This document shows, in pieces, positions 46,754 to 56,287 of a DNA stretch of 64,000 nt. The notes under the pieces are model-generated. The model saw only the letters and a list, made by a program, of their open reading frames with translations. It searched no databases and was not told where the DNA came from. This DNA is from Anaerolineales bacterium (GTDB lineage: Bacteria; Chloroflexota; Anaerolineae; Anaerolineales; Villigracilaceae): NCBI GenBank assembly GCA_021462845.1, contig JAJTXU010000001.1, positions 1,583 through 65,582 of the forward strand, written 5' to 3'. A program made the position numbers and the translations under genes. Positions within the stretch are counted from its first letter, which is position 1. Every line of letters begins with the position of its first letter.

Positions 46754-47719
46754 TCAACGCGCCGCGCGCATTTGTTGCCGCAGTTTCGCCACGCGGAACA
46801 TGCGGTCGAAGAAAACTTTATATCCGCCCTCGTCATACAAGATCATAAAATCGGCGGGACCAAACTCATCAGGACGAAGCATGATCGCGGGGTTCGGATT
46901 AATTTCAAGGATGAACATCTCGCCGCCTTCGTTCATCCGCACATCACAGCGACCGTAACTCACCGCGCCGATCGCCTTATACATCCGCGCGCCGATATCT
47001 TGCAGGCGGGGAATCAATTCAGGGTCAGTCACGCGCGAAAAGTTGAATGGCAGCGACGTGTCCCACTTCACAACCGTATGCCAAAATTCTTCGCCAGGCG
47101 GAAAGACCAATTCTGTCGGCGGATACGCGATCGGCTTGCTGAAATCATCGGGGTTGTCCACAACCAGCACATTGAACTCCCTGCCGACGATAAACTCCTC
47201 CATACGCGCCGCGCCATACTCCGCGCACACTCGTTCCACTTGCGCCAACACTTCTTCCAACGAATCGCACCGCGACTCTTTGATCATCCCCGTGCTTCCA
47301 TAACTCTGCGGATGCTTGACCATGATGGGATATCTCAGGGATTCGACAAGCCGCTTCGCTTCGTCTTTCGAGTTGACTCGGTATCCTTTGGCGAACCCAA
47401 CCCCGCGCGCCTCGGCGGCGGCTTGCATCTGCTCGCGCGTTGGGTCGAAGAATGTCGAGTCCGCGCCTGTGAACGGAAGGTTTAACTCTTCCAATGCTTT
47501 TATGACATCGATTCCCTCATACCCTTCCTCGTCATGGTCGTCTTTTTCATATCCTTCGCACAGGTTAATATACACATCGAACTCATTACGGACGCCGAGC
47601 GCCCGCAACGTGTCCATGACGGGATTCGTCATCGTGACGAACTCCCAATCATAACCTTCCATAAATTGGGTTGGGTTAAAGTCTTCGATCTTTTCATCGG
47701 AGAGAATGCAGACTCGCAT
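46754..47719 (-). CDS. ATP-grasp ligase, D-Ala-D-Ala ligase-like family, paralog 1
   Basis: LPFTG, MVKHPQSYGSTG, EEFIVGRE, YGRCDVR, EINPNP. Confidence 0.85.
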   Translation of the reverse strand: MRVCILSDEKIEDFNPTQFMEGYDWEFVTMTNPVMDTLRALGVRNEFDVYINLCEGYEKDDHDEEGYEGIDVIKALEELNLPFTGADSTFFDPTREQMQAAAEARGVGFAKGYRVNSKDEAKRLVESLRYPIMVKHPQSYGSTGMIKESRCDSLEEVLAQVERVCAEYGAARMEEFIVGREFNVLVVDNPDDFSKPIAYPPTELVFPPGEEFWHTVVKWDTSLPFNFSRVTDPELIPRLQDIGARMYKAIGAVSYGRCDVRMNEGGEMFILEINPNPAIMLRPDEFGPADFMILYDEGGYKVFFDRMFRVAKLRQQMRAAR

Positions 47720-47820
47720 GAATCACCTCGTGAACTATTTGATTCATTATCGCACAACTTTCAATTGGAAAACAAATTTATTAAGGCTGATCGCTTCACA
47801 GCGAAAGTATAATTCCACCC

Positions 47821-47979
47821 ATGAATCGTAAAAACGCATCTTCTATTTTTCTTCTTCTCGGTCTTGCTTTTCTCGCCATCGGCTATTTCACAGACAATAC
47901 CATTTTCTCATGGATCACGGTTGTCCTGGTTCTGCTATCCCTCATTCTAGGCGGCAGATGGATGAGACCAAGAAAGTAA
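47821..47979 (+). CDS. Small two-TM membrane protein (52 aa), below the ORF-track cutoff
   Basis: MNRKNASSIFLLLGLAFLAIGYFTDNTIFSWITVVLVLLSLILGGRWMRPRK; TATAAT just upstream. Confidence 0.65.
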   Translation: MNRKNASSIFLLLGLAFLAIGYFTDNTIFSWITVVLVLLSLILGGRWMRPRK

Positions 47980-47985
47980 GTTGCG

Positions 47986-48037
47986 TGTCACCCTTTCAGG
48001 TATGTCAGAGATGCTTCGCTTTGCTCAGCATGACATG
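47986..48037. repeat. Shortened inverted copy of the CATGTCATGCTGAG family
   Basis: Reverse complement begins CATGTCATGCTGAGCAAAGCGAAGCATCTCT. Confidence 0.75.
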
Positions 48038-48047
48038 ACTCAATAAA

Positions 48048-49085
48048 TTATTTCGTCCTCGTCACCTTATGGATCGTGCGCGGCTTTTCGGTATCGAATC
48101 CTTTCGCCAGCGTGAGATGATACGCAAATAATTGAGCGGGCAATATTGCTACCAATGGCGAAAGCCACTCTGGCGCACCAGCGGGAAGGGACAACGGTAT
48201 TTGCGCCAGCGACAACGCGCGTTTCTCGTTCGAAATCACAACCAACTCGGCGGAGATCTCTTTCTTCAATCGCTTGAGCATTTCCAGCATTGAATGGAAC
48301 ACTTTCCCCTTTGGCGCGACGGCAAACACAGGGTAGCCGCTCTCCACCATGGCGATCGGTCCGTGCGCAAAGTCGGCGGAGGAATACGGCTCGGCGATGA
48401 TGTATGACAACTCTTTCAACTTCAACGCCCACTCGAAGGCGGTCGCGTAATTGTAGCCGCGCCCCAACACGACGGCTTGGTCAATGTAGCGGTAACGCTG
48501 AACGGCTTGGGAAATAAAATCGTGATGCTTCAAAACAGATTTCATCCAACCCGCAACGTGTTTCAACTCGTCCCATCGTTTTTTGTCTCCACTTAACGCG
48601 GCAGACAGCATGGCAATCGTCATCAACTCGGTCGTGTATGTTTTCGTCGCGGCGACCGCTTTCTCTTTGCCTGCTTGAATATCCAAGACAAAATCAGAGA
48701 CCTGCGCGAGCGGAGAATTCGATTCGTTCGTGATCGAAAGGGTCAGGCATCCCTGCCGCTTCCCCTCCTCCAGCACAGCCACAATATCGGGCGACGCGCC
48801 CGATTGCGACACGCCGATCACCAAAGCATTTTTCAATCTCGGTGGACGATTGTAATATGTGAATAGAGACGGCGCCGCCAGCGCGAGCGGCAGTCCGTTC
48901 ACCGCGCCGAGCAGATAATTCGCGTATCTGCCCGCGTTGTCCGAAGTCCCGCGCGCGGCGAGAAACACATAGTGAACATTATGCTTCTGAATAGCAGACG
49001 CAACCTGCTCGATAGGTCTTCGCTGCGAAACAAGCAAGTGTTTTATTCGTTCAGGTTGTTCTTTGATCTCCGATAAAAGCGTCAT
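48048..49085 (-). CDS. SIS-domain protein (GlmS isomerase domain only; glucosamine-6-phosphate deaminase-like)
   Basis: EIKEQP, ARGTS, VSQSG, AVAATKTYT, ALKLKE, DFAHGP, KVTRTK; no glutaminase domain. Confidence 0.9.
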   Translation of the reverse strand: MTLLSEIKEQPERIKHLLVSQRRPIEQVASAIQKHNVHYVFLAARGTSDNAGRYANYLLGAVNGLPLALAAPSLFTYYNRPPRLKNALVIGVSQSGASPDIVAVLEEGKRQGCLTLSITNESNSPLAQVSDFVLDIQAGKEKAVAATKTYTTELMTIAMLSAALSGDKKRWDELKHVAGWMKSVLKHHDFISQAVQRYRYIDQAVVLGRGYNYATAFEWALKLKELSYIIAEPYSSADFAHGPIAMVESGYPVFAVAPKGKVFHSMLEMLKRLKKEISAELVVISNEKRALSLAQIPLSLPAGAPEWLSPLVAILPAQLFAYHLTLAKGFDTEKPRTIHKVTRTK

Positions 49086-50269
49086 GGGCTGTAACGTCCA
49101 ATCTCCTCGGCAAGCGGGGTGAACAATTCGATCTTCCACGGTTCCACGCGCGGCGCAATCGAACACGCCGAGCTCAAAATATACCCGCCGCCTGGCTTGC
49201 CGATCATAATGCGTTCTGTCGCTTCGGCGATCACTTCTTCCTTTGTGATGTATTCAAGAAGCGACACCGAATTCATATTGCCCTTCAAAAACATCCGCTG
49301 ACCCACGCCGGTCTTCGCATCGGCTAATTCCACATTGCCGAGCGGATGCGGATCGAGCGTGTCAATGCCCATTGTGCGAGTCCGCTCCATCAAGTCGAGT
49401 CGGTCGCCGATCTTGCCGCAGGTGTGCGTGTACACCGGCACATCACAAGCGCGGACGGCGTCCGCCAGTCTTTGTTCATACGGAAGGATATATTCCGCGT
49501 ACATCTTCGGGGATAAGAATCCGCCGCCCGCAAATGCGGATGAGATAAGCACCGCGTCAACCCCATGTCGGGCTTGAGCGACCGCCCAGGCAATTGTCGC
49601 CTCGGTGAGCCGATCCAACAACGCCTTGACCTTTTCCTTACTCTTCACCAATCCGATGATGGCATTCATATAACCAAATAATTCGAGGTAATGCGTGAAC
49701 GGCGAGAATACCTCGCCATGCACAGATATTTCGCCCTTCGTCTTCTCACGGACAAGATCAATCGTATCGAAAAAATACTCGGGAATTTCGTTTAACAGCC
49801 CGGTATCCGCTTTACCTTCGATCCACGGCACATGATAAGTATTCCAGAGATAGCCGGGGAATTGGTCAACGTCGTCCAAGTGGTCAGGGTCAATTGTCTC
49901 CAAGTCGGCGCGAGGCGCGAGGTCTGGGCGGGCGGGGTACACGTATTGGGCGTTATCGTCCCAAGGAATGATGGTCGCGTGTCCATTTTTCCAAGTGACG
50001 AGTTCGCCTTTCTTCGTCTTCTCGATGCTTTTGATCTGGTTCAGAAATCCGCGCGGGCGACCCGGCAGGTTGATCAAAATACCGTCGAATTGATAACGCC
50101 TCTGCATCGTGACGAGGGCTTCGGCAAAGCCCTCACTGCTGAACCAAATTTCATGAGGAGAAAGGCCCGCGTTCAAAAAATAATGCCCCAGCGCCAACTG
50201 GCACATGACCGGGACGCGGTCGGCTTCCTCATGGCGCATGGCAAACGCCATACGTTCCCTTCCGTTCAT
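49082..50269 (-). CDS. Uroporphyrinogen decarboxylase / MtaA-CmuA methyltransferase family protein
   Basis: MNGRERM...DRVPV, FLSPKMYAEYILPY, HTCG, LKGNMN, GGGYILSSAC. Confidence 0.85.
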   Translation of the reverse strand: MNGRERMAFAMRHEEADRVPVMCQLALGHYFLNAGLSPHEIWFSSEGFAEALVTMQRRYQFDGILINLPGRPRGFLNQIKSIEKTKKGELVTWKNGHATIIPWDDNAQYVYPARPDLAPRADLETIDPDHLDDVDQFPGYLWNTYHVPWIEGKADTGLLNEIPEYFFDTIDLVREKTKGEISVHGEVFSPFTHYLELFGYMNAIIGLVKSKEKVKALLDRLTEATIAWAVAQARHGVDAVLISSAFAGGGFLSPKMYAEYILPYEQRLADAVRACDVPVYTHTCGKIGDRLDLMERTRTMGIDTLDPHPLGNVELADAKTGVGQRMFLKGNMNSVSLLEYITKEEVIAEATERIMIGKPGGGYILSSACSIAPRVEPWKIELFTPLAEEIGRYSP

Positions 50270-50271
50270 GT

Positions 50272-51099
50272 CTATCCTTTCACTGCCCCGGCGGTGAGTC
50301 CTTTGATGAATTCGCGCGCCAGTATCATGTAGAGGATTAACATCGGCACCGCCGCCAGCGAGAGAACGGCAAGCGCGCGCGTCCAATCGGTGCGGTATTG
50401 ACCGAAGAGTAACGAAACGCCCAGCGCCACCGTGCGCGATTCTTCCGCGCGGATGAACACAAGCGGGAACCAAAAGTCGTTCCAGATCTTTATCATGTTG
50501 AAGATCGCCACCGTAGCCAACGCGGGGCGCATGAGCGGCAGGACGATACGGGAATACACCTGCCACTCGGACGCGCCATCTATTTTTGCGGCTTCGAACA
50601 TTTCGCCGGGCAACTCCTTGATGAAGGCAGTCAACACGAAAGTTGCGATCGGCATTCCCATGGCAACATACACAGGGATAAGACTCCAGTAGGTGTCTTG
50701 CAAATTCAGCGTCTTAATCAACCGCACGAGGTCGAGCGTGCCAAGGCGGATGGGGATCATCAAGCCGGCGATGAAAAAGATATACAGGAAGTTGGAGATC
50801 GGCGATTTCCACTTTGCGAGAGCGTATGCCGCCATCGAGCCAATGAAAAGGATCAGCCCGAGCGCGATCGCTGTCACTATGAGGGTGTTGATGAAATACA
50901 GGTCAAACCGCCCGTTATTCCATGCTTCGCGGTAGCCATCCAGCGTGAAAGTTTCCGGCAGCCCGAACGGGTCTTTGAAAATCTGCTTCTGCGGCTTGAA
51001 GGAATTGACGATGAGGGTCCAGATCGGGAACAAGACAATGACCGACCAGGCGCCAAGAACGATATAAGTAAATAGCAGTTGAGGTTTGTTCAAACGCAT
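50272..51099 (-). CDS. Carbohydrate ABC transporter permease
   Basis: EAAKIDGAS EAA loop, WNDFWFPL. Confidence 0.92.
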   Translation of the reverse strand: MRLNKPQLLFTYIVLGAWSVIVLFPIWTLIVNSFKPQKQIFKDPFGLPETFTLDGYREAWNNGRFDLYFINTLIVTAIALGLILFIGSMAAYALAKWKSPISNFLYIFFIAGLMIPIRLGTLDLVRLIKTLNLQDTYWSLIPVYVAMGMPIATFVLTAFIKELPGEMFEAAKIDGASEWQVYSRIVLPLMRPALATVAIFNMIKIWNDFWFPLVFIRAEESRTVALGVSLLFGQYRTDWTRALAVLSLAAVPMLILYMILAREFIKGLTAGAVKG

Positions 51100-51110
51100 A
51101 ATATGCCTCT

Positions 51111-52046
51111 TTACTCCGTTGCCTGCTTGCGAGAGAAATATAGCCAGAATAGCACGCCAGACATTAGAATGGCAAACGTTATGGTGGCGATTGCCGCGCC
51201 CATGCCCATATTGGGAATCCCCACCGGGTGTTCGCCTGCGATGCCGGTGCGGTAGAACAGGGTTGCCAACAGATCGGCGGAGTAGGACGGTTCGCCCTTC
51301 GCGCCAGCCATGGCATAAATGACATCAAAAGCGTTGAAGTTATCCACGAAGGTCAAAATGGCAACCACGCCGATGACCGGTTTGAGAAGCGGAAATTTTA
51401 TCTTCCAGAAGATATTCCACTCCGAGGCGCCGTCGATGCGGGCGGCTTCGAGCAATTCGTCCGAGATGCCCATCAGCCCGGCGAGGAACATCACGGTAGG
51501 CATACCCACCCACTGCCAGACCGAGGTCAGAGAAATGACCGGGAGAGCGAGGTTTTCGCGTCCGAGCCAGGGGAGCGCGAATTCCCTTAACCCCATTGCG
51601 ATGAACGCCTTATTCACCGCGCCCCAGTTCGGGTTGAGGATCAACGTCCATAAAAAGCCTGTCACCAGCACAGATAAGGTTGCGGGAGCGAAGATCACGG
51701 TGCGAAAGAAATTCCTGCCTCGAAATTCCGATGAGAGCAGGTTTGCAAATAACAATCCCAGCGTATTTTGCACAAGCATGTGAATGGCGAAAAAGATACA
51801 CGTGTTCGTAAACGCGTTGAAAAATTTCTCGCGCCACAACGGGTTGGTGAATAAATCCCTGTAATTTTGCATGCCCACAAACGTTGTCGGGTTATAGCCT
51901 TCCCCCTGATACAGACTCAAGCGCAGTGAGTCGAATAATGGTCCCGCCATGAACACGAGATACATGATCACGGCAGGCAACAGGAACAAGACCCATGTGA
52001 TTTTTTGGCGGTTCTTGACGCTGAAAATTTCTTGCGCGCGAGTCAT
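51111..52046 (-). CDS. Carbohydrate ABC transporter permease
   Basis: FVGMQNY, EAARIDGAS, FNAFDVIY. Confidence 0.92.
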   Translation of the reverse strand: MTRAQEIFSVKNRQKITWVLFLLPAVIMYLVFMAGPLFDSLRLSLYQGEGYNPTTFVGMQNYRDLFTNPLWREKFFNAFTNTCIFFAIHMLVQNTLGLLFANLLSSEFRGRNFFRTVIFAPATLSVLVTGFLWTLILNPNWGAVNKAFIAMGLREFALPWLGRENLALPVISLTSVWQWVGMPTVMFLAGLMGISDELLEAARIDGASEWNIFWKIKFPLLKPVIGVVAILTFVDNFNAFDVIYAMAGAKGEPSYSADLLATLFYRTGIAGEHPVGIPNMGMGAAIATITFAILMSGVLFWLYFSRKQATE

Positions 52047-52175
52047 GGTCTCTCCTTATTGCGGTTTGGAAGTACGCCGTTGAGCCTGTTTCGTCAAAAT
52101 TGCGCTACGACGGCGGCGCGATCTGATCGGCAAATCGAACTGCCCGCCAACTGCATAAATCATGGTTATAAAATC

Positions 52176-52203
52176 GGCAGGGATGGGAAACCCATCCCTG
52201 CCT
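52176..52203 (-). terminator. Stem-loop after the substrate-binding protein gene (terminator or mRNA stabiliser)
   Basis: GGCAGGGATGG-gaaac-CCATCCCTGCC. Confidence 0.65.
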
Positions 52204-52227
52204 TTTATTGTAAGCCTAAACGACTGA

Positions 52228-53601
52228 TTACTTACAGCCGGCGGCAGGTTCGTACCAAGCCGATACGTCGGCATTGAAAGCGTCGGCGGCTTCCTTCGGG
52301 GTCTTCTCGCCCTTCAACACCGCGATCACGTTGTTGTTGAGGGAAGTGTAGGCATCCACACTGCCGGAGGGGGCGGCGAGGAGTTTTTCCCACACGAAGC
52401 GGATATCCACACCTTTGGCGGCTTGGTTGAACGCCATGAAGTCGGCGCTGATCGGGTCGCTGAGGGTGGGCACTTCCTTGCTAAGCGGGAAGAAGCCGGG
52501 CAGGTTGTCGCCAAGCAAACCGGCGAATTCCGGCGATTCAAGAAACTCGAGGAAGAGCATTGCCGATTCGAGATTCGGGGAGGCGGCATTCGCGCCAACG
52601 GCGGCATCGGTGTGGAAAGCCACATAGGTGTCCTTGCCGGCAAGCGCGGGCGGGTAGAACACGCCCCACTCAAAGTCGGTGGCGTCTTTCTTGATCGGGC
52701 CAATGCTCCAGGAGCCGTCGAACAACATGGCGGCTTGACCCTGAGCGAAGAGTTGGCTCGCATCGTAGTAGCTAACCGCTTCAAAGCCGGTCGGCAGGTA
52801 GGGTTTCAAATCGGCGATCTGCTGGAAGGCGGCGACCATTTCGTCGCTGTTGAAACAGCGTTCGCCGTTCAGGTATGCCATGCGCCCATCGTAACCGCCG
52901 ATGTCGCTGGGGATGAGCTGCATCATCACAACTTCGTTGATGTCCCAGGCGTCTTTGGTTCCGTTCGCGAACGGAATCACGCCGGCGTCTTGCAACTTCT
53001 TGGCGGCAGCCATTAGATCTTCCCATGTGGCGGGAATTTCAATACCGTTGGCGGCGAAGACGTCTTTGTTGTAGTAAATGCCATGAGAGACAGCAATGAT
53101 CGGCACCGCGTAAGGCTCGCCTGAATCGGTTGCCCATGGAGCGCGGGAGGCTTCAGTGAAGTCATCATTGATACCGGGAAGATCCTTCAACGAGGCGATG
53201 TAGCCGGCGTCGAATAATTCGCGCCCGGTCGCAAAGGAGCGGACGAAGAACAGGTCGGGACCTGTGCCAGTTTCAAGTTGGGTGCGCAGCGTGGCGTTGT
53301 AGTCGGGCGGGTTGGTCGGGTCAAATTTCACGGTGATGTTAGGGTACTTCGCGTGGAACGCGGCATTGATCACGTCCCAAGCGGCAACATCATCCACGCG
53401 CCAGGAGCCCAGGGTGAGGGTCACTTCGGCGGCAGGCGCTTCGGTCGCGGGAGCCTCGGTGGCAGGCGCTTCGGTCGCCGGAGCCGCAGTTGCGGGCGCT
53501 TCCGTGGCGGGAGCCTCGGTCGGCGCGGGGGAGCCGCAAGCCGAAAGCACAAGACTCGCCAAAATCAAAGCGGATAACAATACGAACAGTTTCTTTTGCA
53601 T
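52228..53601 (-). CDS. Sugar ABC substrate-binding lipoprotein with PATEA-repeat linker
   Basis: AGGAG RBS; lipobox LSAC; (APATE)n linker; family-1 features GTGPDLF, YYNKDVF, LFDGSW. Confidence 0.92.
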   Translation of the reverse strand: MQKKLFVLLSALILASLVLSACGSPAPTEAPATEAPATAAPATEAPATEAPATEAPAAEVTLTLGSWRVDDVAAWDVINAAFHAKYPNITVKFDPTNPPDYNATLRTQLETGTGPDLFFVRSFATGRELFDAGYIASLKDLPGINDDFTEASRAPWATDSGEPYAVPIIAVSHGIYYNKDVFAANGIEIPATWEDLMAAAKKLQDAGVIPFANGTKDAWDINEVVMMQLIPSDIGGYDGRMAYLNGERCFNSDEMVAAFQQIADLKPYLPTGFEAVSYYDASQLFAQGQAAMLFDGSWSIGPIKKDATDFEWGVFYPPALAGKDTYVAFHTDAAVGANAASPNLESAMLFLEFLESPEFAGLLGDNLPGFFPLSKEVPTLSDPISADFMAFNQAAKGVDIRFVWEKLLAAPSGSVDAYTSLNNNVIAVLKGEKTPKEAADAFNADVSAWYEPAAGCK

Positions 53602-53856
53602 TTCTTCTCCTAATATATTTTGAACACGGTACAAACGGATTTTCGATTACTGTTGACTAGATGGTTTCCTTACTCTCTCCTTTCAGGTTGTTGTATCAAC
53701 CGGCAGCGACCCAACGACCCTGGTCGCTCGCAACCTACCTGTGTAAATTGACGCATGAGTTGCGTAACAAGATTCGCGCATACGCGGATCTTACAGGTCA
53801 TACTCCATTCATTTTCAATGCGCACAGAAAAAAATGATTTGCCGCTGTTCTACGCT

Positions 53857-55434
53857 TCAACTTAATCCGGGGATAGATACCGGCAAACTGCCGGTCATCT
53901 CGCTGTGACCGAAGAGGGCTTGAGCAACCGCCTTCATGGACGGCTCCAGAATGCTATAGGTGCAAATATACGCGGATGCTTGCGGGATAACAGCCAGGTC
54001 GTACGGCAGGCGCATCGCGATCACAATAACGGGCTTACCCACGTTCAAGAGGTTTCGCGCGAACTCGGCTTGTTTCTCTTCGGCATACGCGTTGATCGTC
54101 CCCATAACGATCGCATCGTATTCGCGGACGCGCTCCAACACCGAAGCCGATTCTTGCTCGCTTGGCGAATATGGAATAACAAATTCATCTGTTCGGGCAT
54201 GGTATTCGCGAATCGACTCTGCCAATTTGGGCTGAATGTACGATGAGGTATCCGCTGGCGTTAGGTCTTTCGGCTGGGGAACGATCACCGCGATTCGCTT
54301 ATTCGATTCGAGTTTGAGAGGTAAATAGCTTTTATTGTCACGCACAAGCGTGATCGATCTTTCCGCGATCTCGCGAGCAACCTGCATATGTTCGGCGGAC
54401 TGAATTACGGATAAGTCGTATGAAAGCGAATTATCGTCAATCCATTTTTTCAATCGCGAAATTCGCTCCACAGAGGCGTGCAATTCCTCTCGCGTGATTT
54501 GGCCCGATTCGCATCCTTGCCACAAGCCTTCGAAAGCGCGGGCTTGGTCTTGCGGGTCGCTGGTATTGAGTAGTAGATCTGCGCCCGCCTTTGCCGCGCG
54601 CACAGATTCTTCGCGCAGGTCATCACCCTGGCGTATCGCTTTCATGTCCATCGCGTCGGTGATGACGACCCCGTCGAAGCCGAGGTCGCGGCGCAGGAGA
54701 CCGTTGATGATATTGGGGGATAAGGTTGCGGGAGGCGCGTCGGCTCCATCGATTGAAGTGATGCCCAGATGCGCGGTCATGACCAACTTGGCGTTTGCTT
54801 TGAAGGCGGCGGCAAAGGGGGGCAACTCGACAGCGCGGAGTCGTTCGAGGGTATGCGGAACCGTTCCAAGGGCGTGATGTGAGTCGCTGGCTGTGTCGCC
54901 GTGACCGGGAAAGTGTTTCACCGTCGCGGCGACTCCTTGCGACTGCATTCCTTCGATCATCGCGGCGGTGAGTTCGGCGACGAGTTGAGGGTTTTCGCCA
55001 AATGAGCGAACGCCGACGACGGGGTTTTGCGGGTTGATGTTCACGTCGGCGCACGGCGCGTAATTGACGTTAATTCCCAAAGCGGACATCTCGCGCCCTA
55101 ACACTTCCCCGGCTTTGCGGGCAAGTTCTGCCGATCGCGCCGCGCCGAGAGCCATGTTGCCGGGCAGAGGCGTGCCTTCGCCCACCGCCATCAACTGCCC
55201 TCCTTCCTGGTCGGTTGCGATGAGGAGGCGAGGCAGGCTGAGGCGGCGGGCGAGGCGTTGCAGGGAATCGGTCAACTCTCGCGCTTGGGGGAGAGTCCCG
55301 ATGTTTAAACTGCGGAAGAGGGAAATCCCGCTTGGATGGTATTTTTGGAACGCTTCGATGATTTCCGGCGAGAGGGTTTCTTTTCCGTGAAACGCAAATA
55401 GTAATTTTTGCCCGATCAGATGTTCGATGTCCAC
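53857..55434 (-). CDS. GH3 beta-N-acetylhexosaminidase (NagZ-like)
   Basis: ATDQEGG, RSFG, KHFPGHGD (GH3 NagZ motif), VMTAH, ITDAMDM. Confidence 0.92.
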   Translation of the reverse strand: MDIEHLIGQKLLFAFHGKETLSPEIIEAFQKYHPSGISLFRSLNIGTLPQARELTDSLQRLARRLSLPRLLIATDQEGGQLMAVGEGTPLPGNMALGAARSAELARKAGEVLGREMSALGINVNYAPCADVNINPQNPVVGVRSFGENPQLVAELTAAMIEGMQSQGVAATVKHFPGHGDTASDSHHALGTVPHTLERLRAVELPPFAAAFKANAKLVMTAHLGITSIDGADAPPATLSPNIINGLLRRDLGFDGVVITDAMDMKAIRQGDDLREESVRAAKAGADLLLNTSDPQDQARAFEGLWQGCESGQITREELHASVERISRLKKWIDDNSLSYDLSVIQSAEHMQVAREIAERSITLVRDNKSYLPLKLESNKRIAVIVPQPKDLTPADTSSYIQPKLAESIREYHARTDEFVIPYSPSEQESASVLERVREYDAIVMGTINAYAEEKQAEFARNLLNVGKPVIVIAMRLPYDLAVIPQASAYICTYSILEPSMKAVAQALFGHSEMTGSLPVSIPGLS

Positions 55435-55435
55435 G

Positions 55436-56278
55436 TCAACCTTTCAGACCAGAGACGACCACGCTTTCGAGAATGTAGCGCTGGGCGAGGAAAAAGACAA
55501 TGATGAGCGGAACTGTAGTTAACACCGCGGAGGTCATGATGGTGGGCCAGGGTTGCGTCGTCAGATTGATGTTGTACAGGGTCGAAACGTAAACAGGCAA
55601 TGTGTATAGGTCGATGGTTTGCAGATAGATGAGCGGGGTTAAAAGACTGTTCCATAGACCCACAAAGAGAAAGGTTGCCACGGTGGCAAGCGGCGCTTTG
55701 ACCAGCGGCAAAATAATCTCCCACCAGATTTGAATGTGGTTTGCGCCATCTACGAACGCGGATTCGTCCAGTTCTTTGGGGATTTGCGCCATTGCCTGGC
55801 GCAACAAAAATATCATCGCCGCGCCGCCGGCGAAGTAGCCCGGAATGATGAGCGGGTTAAATGTGCCGATCCAATCCAGTTTATTGAAGAATACATATTG
55901 AGGCACGATGAGCGCCTGCGGCGGAATCATCATTGTGGAAAGCATGAGGAAGAATACGATGTTTCGCCCGGGCCATTCGATGCGGCTGAATGCGTATGCC
56001 ACAGCGGCGATCGAAATTAACGTGCCAACCAATGAGAGCGTAACGTAAAATACAGAGTTGAAGTAGGAGCGTAAGAAGTTCTCATTCTGAAATATACCGG
56101 TATAGGCTTCGAGAGTCGGCTGTTCGGGGATCCAGACGATGCCTGGGGAGTTCGTTTCCTCCACGGTTTTGAGCGACGACGAGATCATCCAAAATAACGG
56201 GAAACTCATTAGGATGGTCGCGCCTGTTAGCAACACGTACAGCAAAATGCTTTTGAGGATGGGGAAGTATCTTTTCAT
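55436..56278 (-). CDS. Carbohydrate ABC transporter permease
   Basis: ESAFVDGAN, WNSLLTPLIYL. Confidence 0.92.
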   Translation of the reverse strand: MKRYFPILKSILLYVLLTGATILMSFPLFWMISSSLKTVEETNSPGIVWIPEQPTLEAYTGIFQNENFLRSYFNSVFYVTLSLVGTLISIAAVAYAFSRIEWPGRNIVFFLMLSTMMIPPQALIVPQYVFFNKLDWIGTFNPLIIPGYFAGGAAMIFLLRQAMAQIPKELDESAFVDGANHIQIWWEIILPLVKAPLATVATFLFVGLWNSLLTPLIYLQTIDLYTLPVYVSTLYNINLTTQPWPTIMTSAVLTTVPLIIVFFLAQRYILESVVVSGLKG

Positions 56279-56287
56279 TTTGCCTGC

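Noticed and set aside
44303-47719. tRNA-Val as the attachment site of a genomic island
   Set aside because: No integrase and no duplicated tRNA 3' end were seen
45800-47719. Calling these genes ddl or van
   Set aside because: The D-Ala-binding N-terminal motifs are absent and there is no peptidoglycan or van context
48048-49085. glmS or a glmS ribozyme
   Set aside because: The protein lacks the glutaminase domain, and no glmS ribozyme core was recognised upstream
49082-50269. Calling the gene hemE
   Set aside because: No tetrapyrrole context; a Zn-type HxC...C site points to the MtaA-like branch
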